A stretch of DNA of 40,084 nucleotides from a virus (taxonomy: Duplodnaviria > Caudoviricetes), in the IMG/VR virus record IMGVR_UViG_3300020045_005414, positions 1-40,084 of that record. One strand, written 5' to 3'. Positions within the stretch are counted from its first letter, which is position 1. Every line of letters starts with the position of its first letter. A model generated the notes under the pieces. The model had not been told where the DNA came from. It worked only from the letters and a program-made list of their open reading frames with translations, and made no database searches. This document shows positions 1-7,524 of this stretch, piece by piece. Both the position numbers and the translations under genes were made by a program.

Positions 1-419
1 GAAAAGGCTTGCACTAAACATCGCCGTCATCATTTTCAATGTCCTCAAGTTCATCATTTCCGTTTTCGTCTTTGCGAATCAGAGACTCAACGAAAATAAA
101 TGAGAGTCCCTTGCAATTATCCGCATTGGGATGCTCAAATGTATAAACTCGACCAGGAATTGGATCAACCCAATCACGATGGGGGAGGATCCATTCCGAG
201 ACATCATCCTCTGCATACACCACAGGTGTTCCGTCTTCGTAGAAGCCAGTAGTAGCCGCCAGAGTTAGCCGTTCTTCCTCTGTCATGGTAGAAGTTGGTT
301 TGCTTGCCGTTGTGGCAGCAGTGGTTTTGTCTTCAGTCTTAGCTTTGGTTGTCTTTGCCATTTATTGTTTCTCCTAGATGATTGTTATACCATGTTGATT
401 GTTTAGTGCAAGCCTTTTC
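1..419. repeat. perfect 20-bp inverted repeat (1-20 / 400-419)
   Basis: gaaaaggcttgcactaaaca at 1-20 is the exact reverse complement of tgtttagtgcaagccttttc at 400-419. Confidence 0.95.
14..361 (-). CDS. hypothetical protein in a foreign-looking segment; 3' end possibly artefactual
   Basis: 115-aa ORF preceded by an AGGAG Shine-Dalgarno and a TTGCAC-N16-TATAAC promoter, unlike the rest of the window; the stop codon lies inside the 20-bp inverted repeat at 1-20. Confidence 0.6.
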   Translation of the reverse strand: MAKTTKAKTEDKTTAATTASKPTSTMTEEERLTLAATTGFYEDGTPVVYAEDDVSEWILPHRDWVDPIPGRVYTFEHPNADNCKGLSFIFVESLIRKDENGNDELEDIENDDGDV

Positions 420-485
420 ATTTGCACTCAGATAGATTAGCATTCTCTTGCATTGAGTCAATTGGTTTGTTTGAAGATTTTGTTT

Positions 486-722
486 TCATACATTCCAATA
501 TTCTTCTTCTGGAGTTTTTAAATCCCAATCTTTTGATTCATAATTTCTTTTTTTAGCTTTTGCATTTCCGTATTGTTGTCCTGCCATTTTACCAGCTTTA
601 TTAGCGTGATTTATCCCATAAGGAGGATCTACAATTGCTAAGTCAAAGTAATTATCAGGATAACGAGCCATAAGCACCATATTATCCTCATTCGTAATCG
701 TAATTTTATCTGTTATGTTCAT
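486..722 (-). pseudogene. truncated N4/N6 DNA methyltransferase (beta class), N-terminal part only
   Basis: DNMVLMARYPDNYFDLAIVDPPYG catalytic motif; ORF ends after 78 aa at a composition break, with no FxGxG motif. Confidence 0.85.
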
Positions 723-839
723 AATATAAATTAAAAAATCCTTTTATTACTCTCAGCAGTACCAGTGCCGATTTCGTAAAAGGATGAATTTATAATTTTT
801 CTAACCGACTGGTACTCGGTGTTTGTATGCGCAAATATA
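723..839 (-). promoter_or_regulatory. leader A: promoter + 5' hairpin + terminator with complementary loops
   Basis: TATATTTG at 839-832; hairpin 804-820 with loop GUACCAG; terminator 738-785 with loop CUGGUAC followed by a U-tract. Confidence 0.8.
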
Positions 840-869
840 ATCTAAATTATTGAATTGGTGAAATTAAAT
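824..869. repeat. 46-bp direct repeat containing a promoter (second copy 39716-39761)
   Basis: tgtatgcgcaaatataatctaaattattgaattggtgaaattaaat is identical at both positions. Confidence 0.95.
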
Positions 870-1160
870 GTTATACGATTCTATAATTCTGAATAATTCA
901 TTTAGCTTATTTTGTTTTTCTTCTAAAACTTTTCTCTCTCCGTGACCCATTTCTGGATCATAAAATCGATTGCTTATTTTTTTATCAAGTTCACTAAATA
1001 TAATTTCAGTCAATCCAATGAATTTATTAAAATCCATAAGTCTAATATCTGTCACGCATTTTTCATAACCCGTAACATAATCTTTTATTGAAGATATAGG
1101 GCGTTTATTTTTTTGACAGTAATCTAATGCTTCAAGTTTAATATGTTCGTCTGCTTTCAT
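864..1160 (-). CDS. hypothetical protein (alternative cassette to 39762..39965)
   Basis: 98-aa ORF with an A-rich initiation region, between the same flanks as the 67-aa gene at the window end. Confidence 0.75.
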   Translation of the reverse strand: MKADEHIKLEALDYCQKNKRPISSIKDYVTGYEKCVTDIRLMDFNKFIGLTEIIFSELDKKISNRFYDPEMGHGERKVLEEKQNKLNELFRIIESYNI

Positions 1161-1163
1161 TTC

Positions 1164-1280
1164 TCTATTTTTTTAATGTTATTTCAAATGATGGGGTTGG
1201 TTACTGATTATGTAAAAAGAACCGTTTTGCAAAACCCTGCGAACACCAACTTCTTATACTCATATCGCATGTAATTAAAT
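1164..1280. repeat. 117-bp repeat closing the circle (copy at 39968-40084)
   Basis: Identical to the last 117 bp of the window except 1192 T vs 39996 G. Confidence 0.95.
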
Positions 1281-1821
1281 CTTTTGCATATTCCATTTCA
1301 GGTATTAATTCTTTTGCCGATTTATGAAACACTGCTAAACTTGGTTTTGTTCTTCCTGGACGAACATACAAAGGTAGTTTAGGCACATCTTCCCATTTTG
1401 AATACATAGGTTTTAGAATATTAAATTTACCCCATAAAGCTGTTTCTTTTGTCCACGGGCTACCATACTGATAAGGTTGATATTTTAATTGTGGCTTGCC
1501 TAAAAACTTATGTAAATCTCCTTTAGCAGGATTTTCAATTACGTAAAATACAGGGTCGCATTCTGTTATTATTCGAATGCAATGATTAACTAAAAATAAA
1601 CCTTTCTCATAATCCTTTTCGTTTTCGCTGCGTCCTTGGATATTTGAAAATTCAGTACAAACAGGATTTGCGATTATACTATAAATATCCATTCCTTTAG
1701 CTGAAAAATTTTCAACCCCAATATCTTTGCCAATTTTAACAACTTCATAGTTTGGGTCTAAATCGTAGTATCTGCTGTCGCTTCCAATGTCAGCGCAAAG
1801 GTGTAGTATTACTTTTTTCAT
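1201..1821 (-). CDS. phage C5-cytosine DNA methyltransferase-like protein
   Basis: NPVCTEFS (catalytic Cys motif IV), VIENP (motif VI), YGSPWTKETALWG; motif I degenerate (LCADIG); start reassigned to MKKVILHL at 1821. Confidence 0.75.
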   Translation of the reverse strand: MKKVILHLCADIGSDSRYYDLDPNYEVVKIGKDIGVENFSAKGMDIYSIIANPVCTEFSNIQGRSENEKDYEKGLFLVNHCIRIITECDPVFYVIENPAKGDLHKFLGKPQLKYQPYQYGSPWTKETALWGKFNILKPMYSKWEDVPKLPLYVRPGRTKPSLAVFHKSAKELIPEMEYAKDLITCDMSIRSWCSQGFAKRFFLHNQ

Positions 1822-1825
1822 TTCT

Positions 1826-2026
1826 CTATTTTTTACAACAAAGCACACTATACGCTTCATTGGGGGTTAGTTTATTGGATTGGTTATCGTTAAAGCCGAA
1901 TAGGGTATTATCATCAATGTATTTAAAAATGTTCCAATAAATACCATTATTGCAAACCGTTGCTACCAACTTAAAATCACGTCCACTTGGTGCAATCTGA
2001 ACTTTATTGTTTAGTTGTATTTTCAT
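1826..2026 (-). CDS. hypothetical protein
   Basis: 66-aa ORF with ATGA coupling to the upstream gene. Confidence 0.7.
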   Translation of the reverse strand: MKIQLNNKVQIAPSGRDFKLVATVCNNGIYWNIFKYIDDNTLFGFNDNQSNKLTPNEAYSVLCCKK

Positions 2027-2328
2027 TGGAATAAAGATTGAAAATCGGTTAGGGATCGGATTAAGTGGTATTCGTAGCCTAGATTCTGAACAGTTGACTG
2101 GAACCGTTTTTGATTCTCTTGTTGACTATTGTAACCAACTTTTAATTCACAAAACAAAATCCTTCCGTTCATTACAATTATCAGGTCCGAGCATCCTAAA
2201 CAAATTACTAAATCTTTTCTTTTTGATGCTAATTCATTTAGGACCGGAATAATTACTCCTTTTCCATATCGCTCAAATTGGTTCCTAAAATAAGATATGC
2301 ATTCAAGTTGTAGTGTATGTTCAGTCAT
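2023..2328 (-). CDS. VRR-NUC domain nuclease
   Basis: MTEHTLQ start; GCSDLI...FCELK...QENQKRF PD-(D/E)xK pattern. Confidence 0.85.
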   Translation of the reverse strand: MTEHTLQLECISYFRNQFERYGKGVIIPVLNELASKRKDLVICLGCSDLIIVMNGRILFCELKVGYNSQQENQKRFQSTVQNLGYEYHLIRSLTDFQSLFQ

Positions 2329-2330
2329 TT

Positions 2331-4679
2331 TTAAAATGGTATTTCGTTATCATTATCTTTTGGTTGCGTTGGGTCCTCAAAATCTATCCATCGTGTTGAA
2401 TTGGTCCGTCCTGATATATATTTCAAGTTGTAATATTTACCGTAAGATTCTAGCCATTGTGTAAACTTTCTTTGTGATAGAAACTTTTTAAAATCTTGGT
2501 ACTCATTGCAAAACTTTGTAAAATATTCTGTTTTATCAATTCTTGAATTATGCGGTAAATTTTCACGGTCCGCGCTCCATTCATAAAACTCATAAGAAGT
2601 TTCTTTGATGAATTTTCTAACTTCTAAGTTATTGAAATTGTGTTTTACTAATCCGTTCTTAAGATAGTACTGTTCACAATTAATCATAAAGTTATCAAAT
2701 CGTAACCATTCTTTTTGGTCCCAATCAGAATAAAGCATATGACCAAATTCATCTAAAGGAGTATGTTTATGTGAAAAGTAACTTGACATTTCAACTTCAA
2801 ACTTTCTTCTTTCAAATGACCCGCCAATACCTCCAACTGTATAGTTTGTAGTAATCAAAATCTTTGGTGACTTTTCTACTGGTATTGTTATTGCATCCTG
2901 TCCTTTGTACTCCAATGTAATGCCCTCAGTTATCAAAGAGAATAGGTTTTCAAAGTTGAAATTCTTTTTAACATCATCGAATACCAAAATTTGTGTATCT
3001 GTGCTTACGGTTTGATAAGGAAATGTTTTTGTTGGCTCAAACATTTTTCCATCAATTCGAGATACTTTTTTCATATTCTTTAATCCATTCCAAAAAATAC
3101 CTTTTCCGGACCCACCGTTTGGATTCTCTGAAATAGTTTCATCGTTGAATATTATTGCTTTATTGTTTGCAGAAGTTTTGAAGCTGTGAAGTAGGTACCC
3201 AATAACCGATTTTAGACTATTATACTTTTGTACATCTTTACCGGACGCAAGCCATAAATAAGTTCTAAACTCGCTTTCGTGATGATCATAAGATTCATAG
3301 TCACGGTCTATAATCTGACGTCGCCAAACATAACCATCAAGGTCCAAATAATCAATTTTTTGTATTTCATCGCTAGTGACTTTTACAACACAATTTTTGA
3401 AATACAAATAACATTCTTTTGATGTATCTTCTTTTATTTCTACTTCTGTAGTATCTAACATTGATAGAAAATCAGGTTTAAAATAACCGCTATTTGAAGC
3501 CATATAATCGTATGGACCGTAACCAATATTAGAACGGTCTAAAATGTTCTTTAAAACATAGTCCTTTATCCTTTTTTCGTTTGTTTCCTCCAGTAAGTTC
3601 TGATCCTTTTTTATAAAAGTAAAAGTATTGCTTTGCTCAGAAGGGTAGTATTTAAAAAAATTGTTTTGCTCTAACCAAAATTTGAATTTATGAGTTGAAA
3701 GAACAACTTTTCCTTTGTCATTGTAAAACCAAAATTCATCAATATCAAGTGTTTCTTTTATTCTTGAAATATCTACGTCTTTATAAACTTTTTCAATATC
3801 CTTTACCGATTTACCGGACCGGACCATTTTTTCAATCTTTTCTTTTTGTGAAGTATCTTCAAATGCTTTTCCTGCTGAAGGTCTTTTATAAGCAGAACGG
3901 ACCAGCGCTTCAATTTCTTTTTGCTTTCCTCCTTCATCAAATTTCATACACTCAGAAAGTGCATCATTGTAATCAATACCGAAGTCATTAAATGCGGAAG
4001 CTAAACGGTGTAAATTGTTATTCTTTGCCCCTTTAGTCATTCCATATTTTTTGGACCACCAAACAAGTAATTTTTCTACAATTTGGTTAGATGAAGTCAT
4101 TCTAACAATAGGCTCAAAAGTTCCTATTTCTTCTATCTCAGGTTCTTCTAGTTCAGTCCACTTTGAACTTTCCGGATTAATGTAAATATCAGGATCGTAA
4201 CTTTCAAAACAAGTTCGTGAAACATCGGATCCTGAGTCGTCCCAATTTGGATGATTGAAATACTTTTTTAGTGATTGGAAATAACCTTTGTGGTCTTTTG
4301 CATTTCCCGGTATCTTAACCAATATTTTTACACCCAATGCAGAAGGAGAAATCCAAACACTGTAAATGTACTCGTCGCTTAGAATAGAATCTTTAAACTC
4401 GATTGCATCTTCTTTAGTTTTGAATTTATCAAAATCTAATATAATTAATCCTGAGTGTTCAATTAATCCGGTTATTGATCGGCTTTTAAACTTTCCATTG
4501 AAACATACAACAGGAAGTTTTGATTTATTTTTAGAATAATCTTCGGGACCCATTAACCGTAACTGTTCAACAAAGTCTTTTGATTTACCTTCTTGTATTC
4601 TTTTTAAAGCATATGAAATGTCCTTGTTAAATGGATTGTTAACATCGGTTATTTTTTTGAATATTGATATTATTGGCAT
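2331..4679 (-). CDS. primase-helicase (BT4734/VirE-N-like prim-pol, PriCT, SF3/D5-like helicase, C-terminal winged helix)
   Basis: KSKLP...HSGLIILDFD...SPSALGVK...DVSRTCFESYDP N-domain; GAKNNNL PriCT; NGGSGKG Walker A; ILVFDD Walker B; ITTN sensor. Confidence 0.9.
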   Translation of the reverse strand: MPIISIFKKITDVNNPFNKDISYALKRIQEGKSKDFVEQLRLMGPEDYSKNKSKLPVVCFNGKFKSRSITGLIEHSGLIILDFDKFKTKEDAIEFKDSILSDEYIYSVWISPSALGVKILVKIPGNAKDHKGYFQSLKKYFNHPNWDDSGSDVSRTCFESYDPDIYINPESSKWTELEEPEIEEIGTFEPIVRMTSSNQIVEKLLVWWSKKYGMTKGAKNNNLHRLASAFNDFGIDYNDALSECMKFDEGGKQKEIEALVRSAYKRPSAGKAFEDTSQKEKIEKMVRSGKSVKDIEKVYKDVDISRIKETLDIDEFWFYNDKGKVVLSTHKFKFWLEQNNFFKYYPSEQSNTFTFIKKDQNLLEETNEKRIKDYVLKNILDRSNIGYGPYDYMASNSGYFKPDFLSMLDTTEVEIKEDTSKECYLYFKNCVVKVTSDEIQKIDYLDLDGYVWRRQIIDRDYESYDHHESEFRTYLWLASGKDVQKYNSLKSVIGYLLHSFKTSANNKAIIFNDETISENPNGGSGKGIFWNGLKNMKKVSRIDGKMFEPTKTFPYQTVSTDTQILVFDDVKKNFNFENLFSLITEGITLEYKGQDAITIPVEKSPKILITTNYTVGGIGGSFERRKFEVEMSSYFSHKHTPLDEFGHMLYSDWDQKEWLRFDNFMINCEQYYLKNGLVKHNFNNLEVRKFIKETSYEFYEWSADRENLPHNSRIDKTEYFTKFCNEYQDFKKFLSQRKFTQWLESYGKYYNLKYISGRTNSTRWIDFEDPTQPKDNDNEIPF

Positions 4680-4803
4680 AGTTAGTTAATTTGTTATAAA
4701 AGAGAAAACCTCCTAAATTGCCTTCACACAATTTAAGAGGTTTCTCGGATTAGTCTATCGACTAAAAGTCTTAATACAAGTGAAGGTTTGCATCGCAAAT
4801 ATA
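4680..4803 (-). promoter_or_regulatory. leader B (primase): promoter + 5' hairpin + terminator with complementary loops
   Basis: TATATTTG at 4803-4796; hairpin 4774-4793 with loop containing CCUUCAC; small hairpin 4751-4764; terminator 4702-4746 with apical GUGAAGG. Confidence 0.8.
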
Positions 4804-4813
4804 CAAAATGTTT

Positions 4814-5476
4814 TTAGAACTCAGCACTTAATTTAAAAAATCTTTCAGCATTTGTTCTTTTCTGAATAAATGACAAGCTGTTTTCTTTTCCGTACTTTAT
4901 GATTATAGAAGTTAGTTTTCTTTGTGATATATTGAAATTATTGTAAGACTTATAAATATCCCTGCTATTATAAAAAGTATCTTTTTCTATATTCTCTTTA
5001 AAAAACGCATAAGCGGATTTTTCTAAATCTGTTAAATTAAACAATAGTTCTTTTGAATAAATGGTTTCGTCTAAGTCTAATTTAGGAGTAAAAGTTTTAT
5101 TTATTATTTTGAAATTATCTCTACTTATTAAATCTCTAGCATCATTGTCAGTTAATTTAAACCATTCCCCAAAAACATTTTTGCTTTTAAATTCTAAGTG
5201 TAATTCTTTTTCTTTTGCTCTGTAGTCCTCAATAAAAAGATACCCAATTAGTATAATTTTTCCATTTGAATGATTTAAAGCACAAAGACGTTTTCTTAAA
5301 TCTTTGGCTATCCCTATTTTTATGTATGAAGTATGATGACTTTTTATAACATAAACATACCCTTCATTATCATTAGAATTTAATTCATTAATTTTTACTG
5401 ATAATTCTTCATAGAAAGTATCGCTAAAAATATTGAAGGTTCTTTCTCTAACAAGTAATTCAATTTTCTTTTCCAT
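4814..5476 (-). CDS. T5orf172/MUG113-type GIY-YIG protein with a primase-like C-terminal domain
   Basis: GYVYVI...YIKIG...RL..L...EKELH..F...GEWF; C-terminus SQRKLT...YGK...RTN resembles the primase C-terminus. Confidence 0.85.
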   Translation of the reverse strand: MEKKIELLVRERTFNIFSDTFYEELSVKINELNSNDNEGYVYVIKSHHTSYIKIGIAKDLRKRLCALNHSNGKIILIGYLFIEDYRAKEKELHLEFKSKNVFGEWFKLTDNDARDLISRDNFKIINKTFTPKLDLDETIYSKELLFNLTDLEKSAYAFFKENIEKDTFYNSRDIYKSYNNFNISQRKLTSIIIKYGKENSLSFIQKRTNAERFFKLSAEF

Positions 5477-5488
5477 TTTATTTTGTTT

Positions 5489-5754
5489 AGTGATTTAATG
5501 ATGTAAATGTAATACAAAAAAGTGATATATCATATAAAGTAAATCACTTTTTTAGTGTTTTAAAGTGATTTAGTTGTAAAAGTGACATATCTTTATGTTT
5601 TTACCTTTTTACTGAATAAATTTTTTTACATATTTGCAAAAAATACATATAAAGAACAATATGGTTTTTACTCGATGTGTCACTCTTTTTTGTAAGTTAA
5701 TACAAATAAAAAAACCTTAACACGTTTAGTATTAAGGTTTTAAGATAAATCACT
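5489..5754. repeat. putative replication origin with seven AGTGA(T/C)(T/A)(T/C)A iteron-like repeats
   Basis: Forward copies at 5489, 5521, 5564, 5581; inverted copies at 5540, 5676, 5746; very AT-rich non-coding gap within the replication module. Confidence 0.65.
5708..5741 (-). terminator. intrinsic terminator after the helicase
   Basis: aaaaccttaa/ttaaggtttt stem with a U-tract on the minus strand. Confidence 0.75.
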
Positions 5755-7384
5755 CAAAAATAGCTTTTAATCGACTTTCTATCTTTTCTTGAAGATATGC
5801 GTAAGTTCTAGGAACTCCATTTTTAATCATATTTACAAATCTGTAGTTATTTTTTAGATACTCTTGTATTCTTTGAACTAAATATCCGGTCCTGACTCGA
5901 GTATTATACACTTCTTTAGTGACTCGATATAACTTCCAAAGATCAACATATTTTTCTATCAAAATACGATAGTAGTCCTTTTTGTCGTTTGAGGTCCTAA
6001 CAACAAACTCAGCTATTTTTTTACCGTTTGGTAATGGTATCACTTGCAAAGCAACTGTTTTTTTATCCACTATATCTAATTCACTTTCATCTTCTCCGGT
6101 CAGGATCCTAACAGTTAACTGGACCGTATTTACATGACCACAATCAGGGCATTCATCTTTATTTGAACCAAGCCAATTATAACCGCATTTTTCACATTGC
6201 ACAAGAGTTTCTTTTTTCTTTTTAGCCTTTACAACTCCATTGTAAAAAATATCCTGCCAGTCTAACTGATCGGACCATTTGCCTAATCGTTTTACATTAC
6301 CTCCTAAATCAATTACAATAAAGTTGTCTTTAAAAATTAAGTCACTTGGTCTTGCTCCCCTTCCTATTATTTGGTGCCATAAAGACAAACTCTTTGTTGG
6401 ACGGTTTACAATGATACATTCAACTTCTTTGACGTCAAAACCAGTGGTAAACGTTCCGGTAGATACAAGTATGGCGCCATCAGTTTCCTTGAACCATTGG
6501 ACCGTTGTTTTACGTTCTGATACATCATTGTTTACAGAATCGTAAGATTGTATTTTATGTCCTGCATCCGTGAAAGTTTGGACCAATGAAGTATTTTGCT
6601 TTGTGGAAGCCGTGAAAATCATTGTCTTTTTTCCGATTGCTTTTTCTACATATTCATCTAAAACATTTTGATCGTGCTTTATACTTTCTTCAGTAATTTC
6701 GTTTTCGTCAAAATCATCATCTCCTTTTGCTTTTAATTCTGAGTAGTAATCGTAGTCAAATATAATTTCATCCACTAAAGAACCTTCATCGATTAGGACC
6801 CGAATAGGAATACCTACAATTACAGTTGAATAAGTTTCTGACATCGTTACCGGTGCGCTCCATTTTATAGCGTGGTCCTTATAACAACAAACTTCACGTG
6901 TTTTAAACCTTTTTGAACAATGTTCGCATTCGTAATATGTGATACGTTTATTTAATGAAGGAGTTGCTGTAAATCCGGTCCTAAATGCGTTATCAAATAA
7001 ATTAAAGGTTTTCACGTGGACTTGCTCGTGCGCTTCATCCACGATAAACAATCCAATATCAAGTTTTATTTTACGTGAGTGAATGGTTTGAGTCATTCCG
7101 ACAAAAACATTATTACTAAAATCAGGTTTTGATTTTGCTGTAATTTTATCGTTTAGGATCCCGAGTTTTGCAAGAGTTTCAGAAGTCTGATTTACAAGTT
7201 CGTCTCTATGGACCGAAACAAGGACTTTTTTAGTTGGGTTCCTATTAAGCCATTCTTTAATAAAAAAAGCCATAATGACTGTCTTTCCTGATCCGGTTGC
7301 CGATTGACATAAAACAGAATCATGTTCTTTCTCAGCTTCAAATATGGAATCCACCATACTTGATTGATAGTATCTTAACTGCAT
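5750..7384 (-). CDS. SF2 DEAH-box helicase (RadD/YejH-like, with Zn-finger motifs)
   Basis: LRYYQ Q-motif, SATGSGKT, VDEAH, TATP, TGFD, QIIGRGAR, CxxC pairs; start reassigned to MQLRYYQ at 7384. Confidence 0.92.
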   Translation of the reverse strand: MQLRYYQSSMVDSIFEAEKEHDSVLCQSATGSGKTVIMAFFIKEWLNRNPTKKVLVSVHRDELVNQTSETLAKLGILNDKITAKSKPDFSNNVFVGMTQTIHSRKIKLDIGLFIVDEAHEQVHVKTFNLFDNAFRTGFTATPSLNKRITYYECEHCSKRFKTREVCCYKDHAIKWSAPVTMSETYSTVIVGIPIRVLIDEGSLVDEIIFDYDYYSELKAKGDDDFDENEITEESIKHDQNVLDEYVEKAIGKKTMIFTASTKQNTSLVQTFTDAGHKIQSYDSVNNDVSERKTTVQWFKETDGAILVSTGTFTTGFDVKEVECIIVNRPTKSLSLWHQIIGRGARPSDLIFKDNFIVIDLGGNVKRLGKWSDQLDWQDIFYNGVVKAKKKKETLVQCEKCGYNWLGSNKDECPDCGHVNTVQLTVRILTGEDESELDIVDKKTVALQVIPLPNGKKIAEFVVRTSNDKKDYYRILIEKYVDLWKLYRVTKEVYNTRVRTGYLVQRIQEYLKNNYRFVNMIKNGVPRTYAYLQEKIESRLKAIFE

Positions 7385-7486
7385 AGATATAAAAACCCGA
7401 AGCGCATAAGGTCGTAGTCTTAATTGCTTCGGGAATTCAACAAGGTTTTTAATTCGGCTACGACTCCGATTTGTTACGGAAAGATA
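7385..7486 (-). promoter_or_regulatory. leader C (helicase): promoter + 5' hairpin + terminator with complementary loops
   Basis: TATCTTTC at 7486-7479 (one mismatch to consensus); hairpin 7454-7469 with loop containing GUCGUAG; terminator 7396-7433 with loop containing CUACGAC, then U5. Confidence 0.8.
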
Positions 7487-7524
7487 ATCATTTTTCTTTA
7501 ATACGCAATGGGGTTGGGTTAAAT

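Noticed and set aside
824-869. 46-bp repeat as a CRISPR repeat or attL/attR
   Set aside because: Only two copies, no spacer array or cas genes; it is a promoter block in allelic positions.
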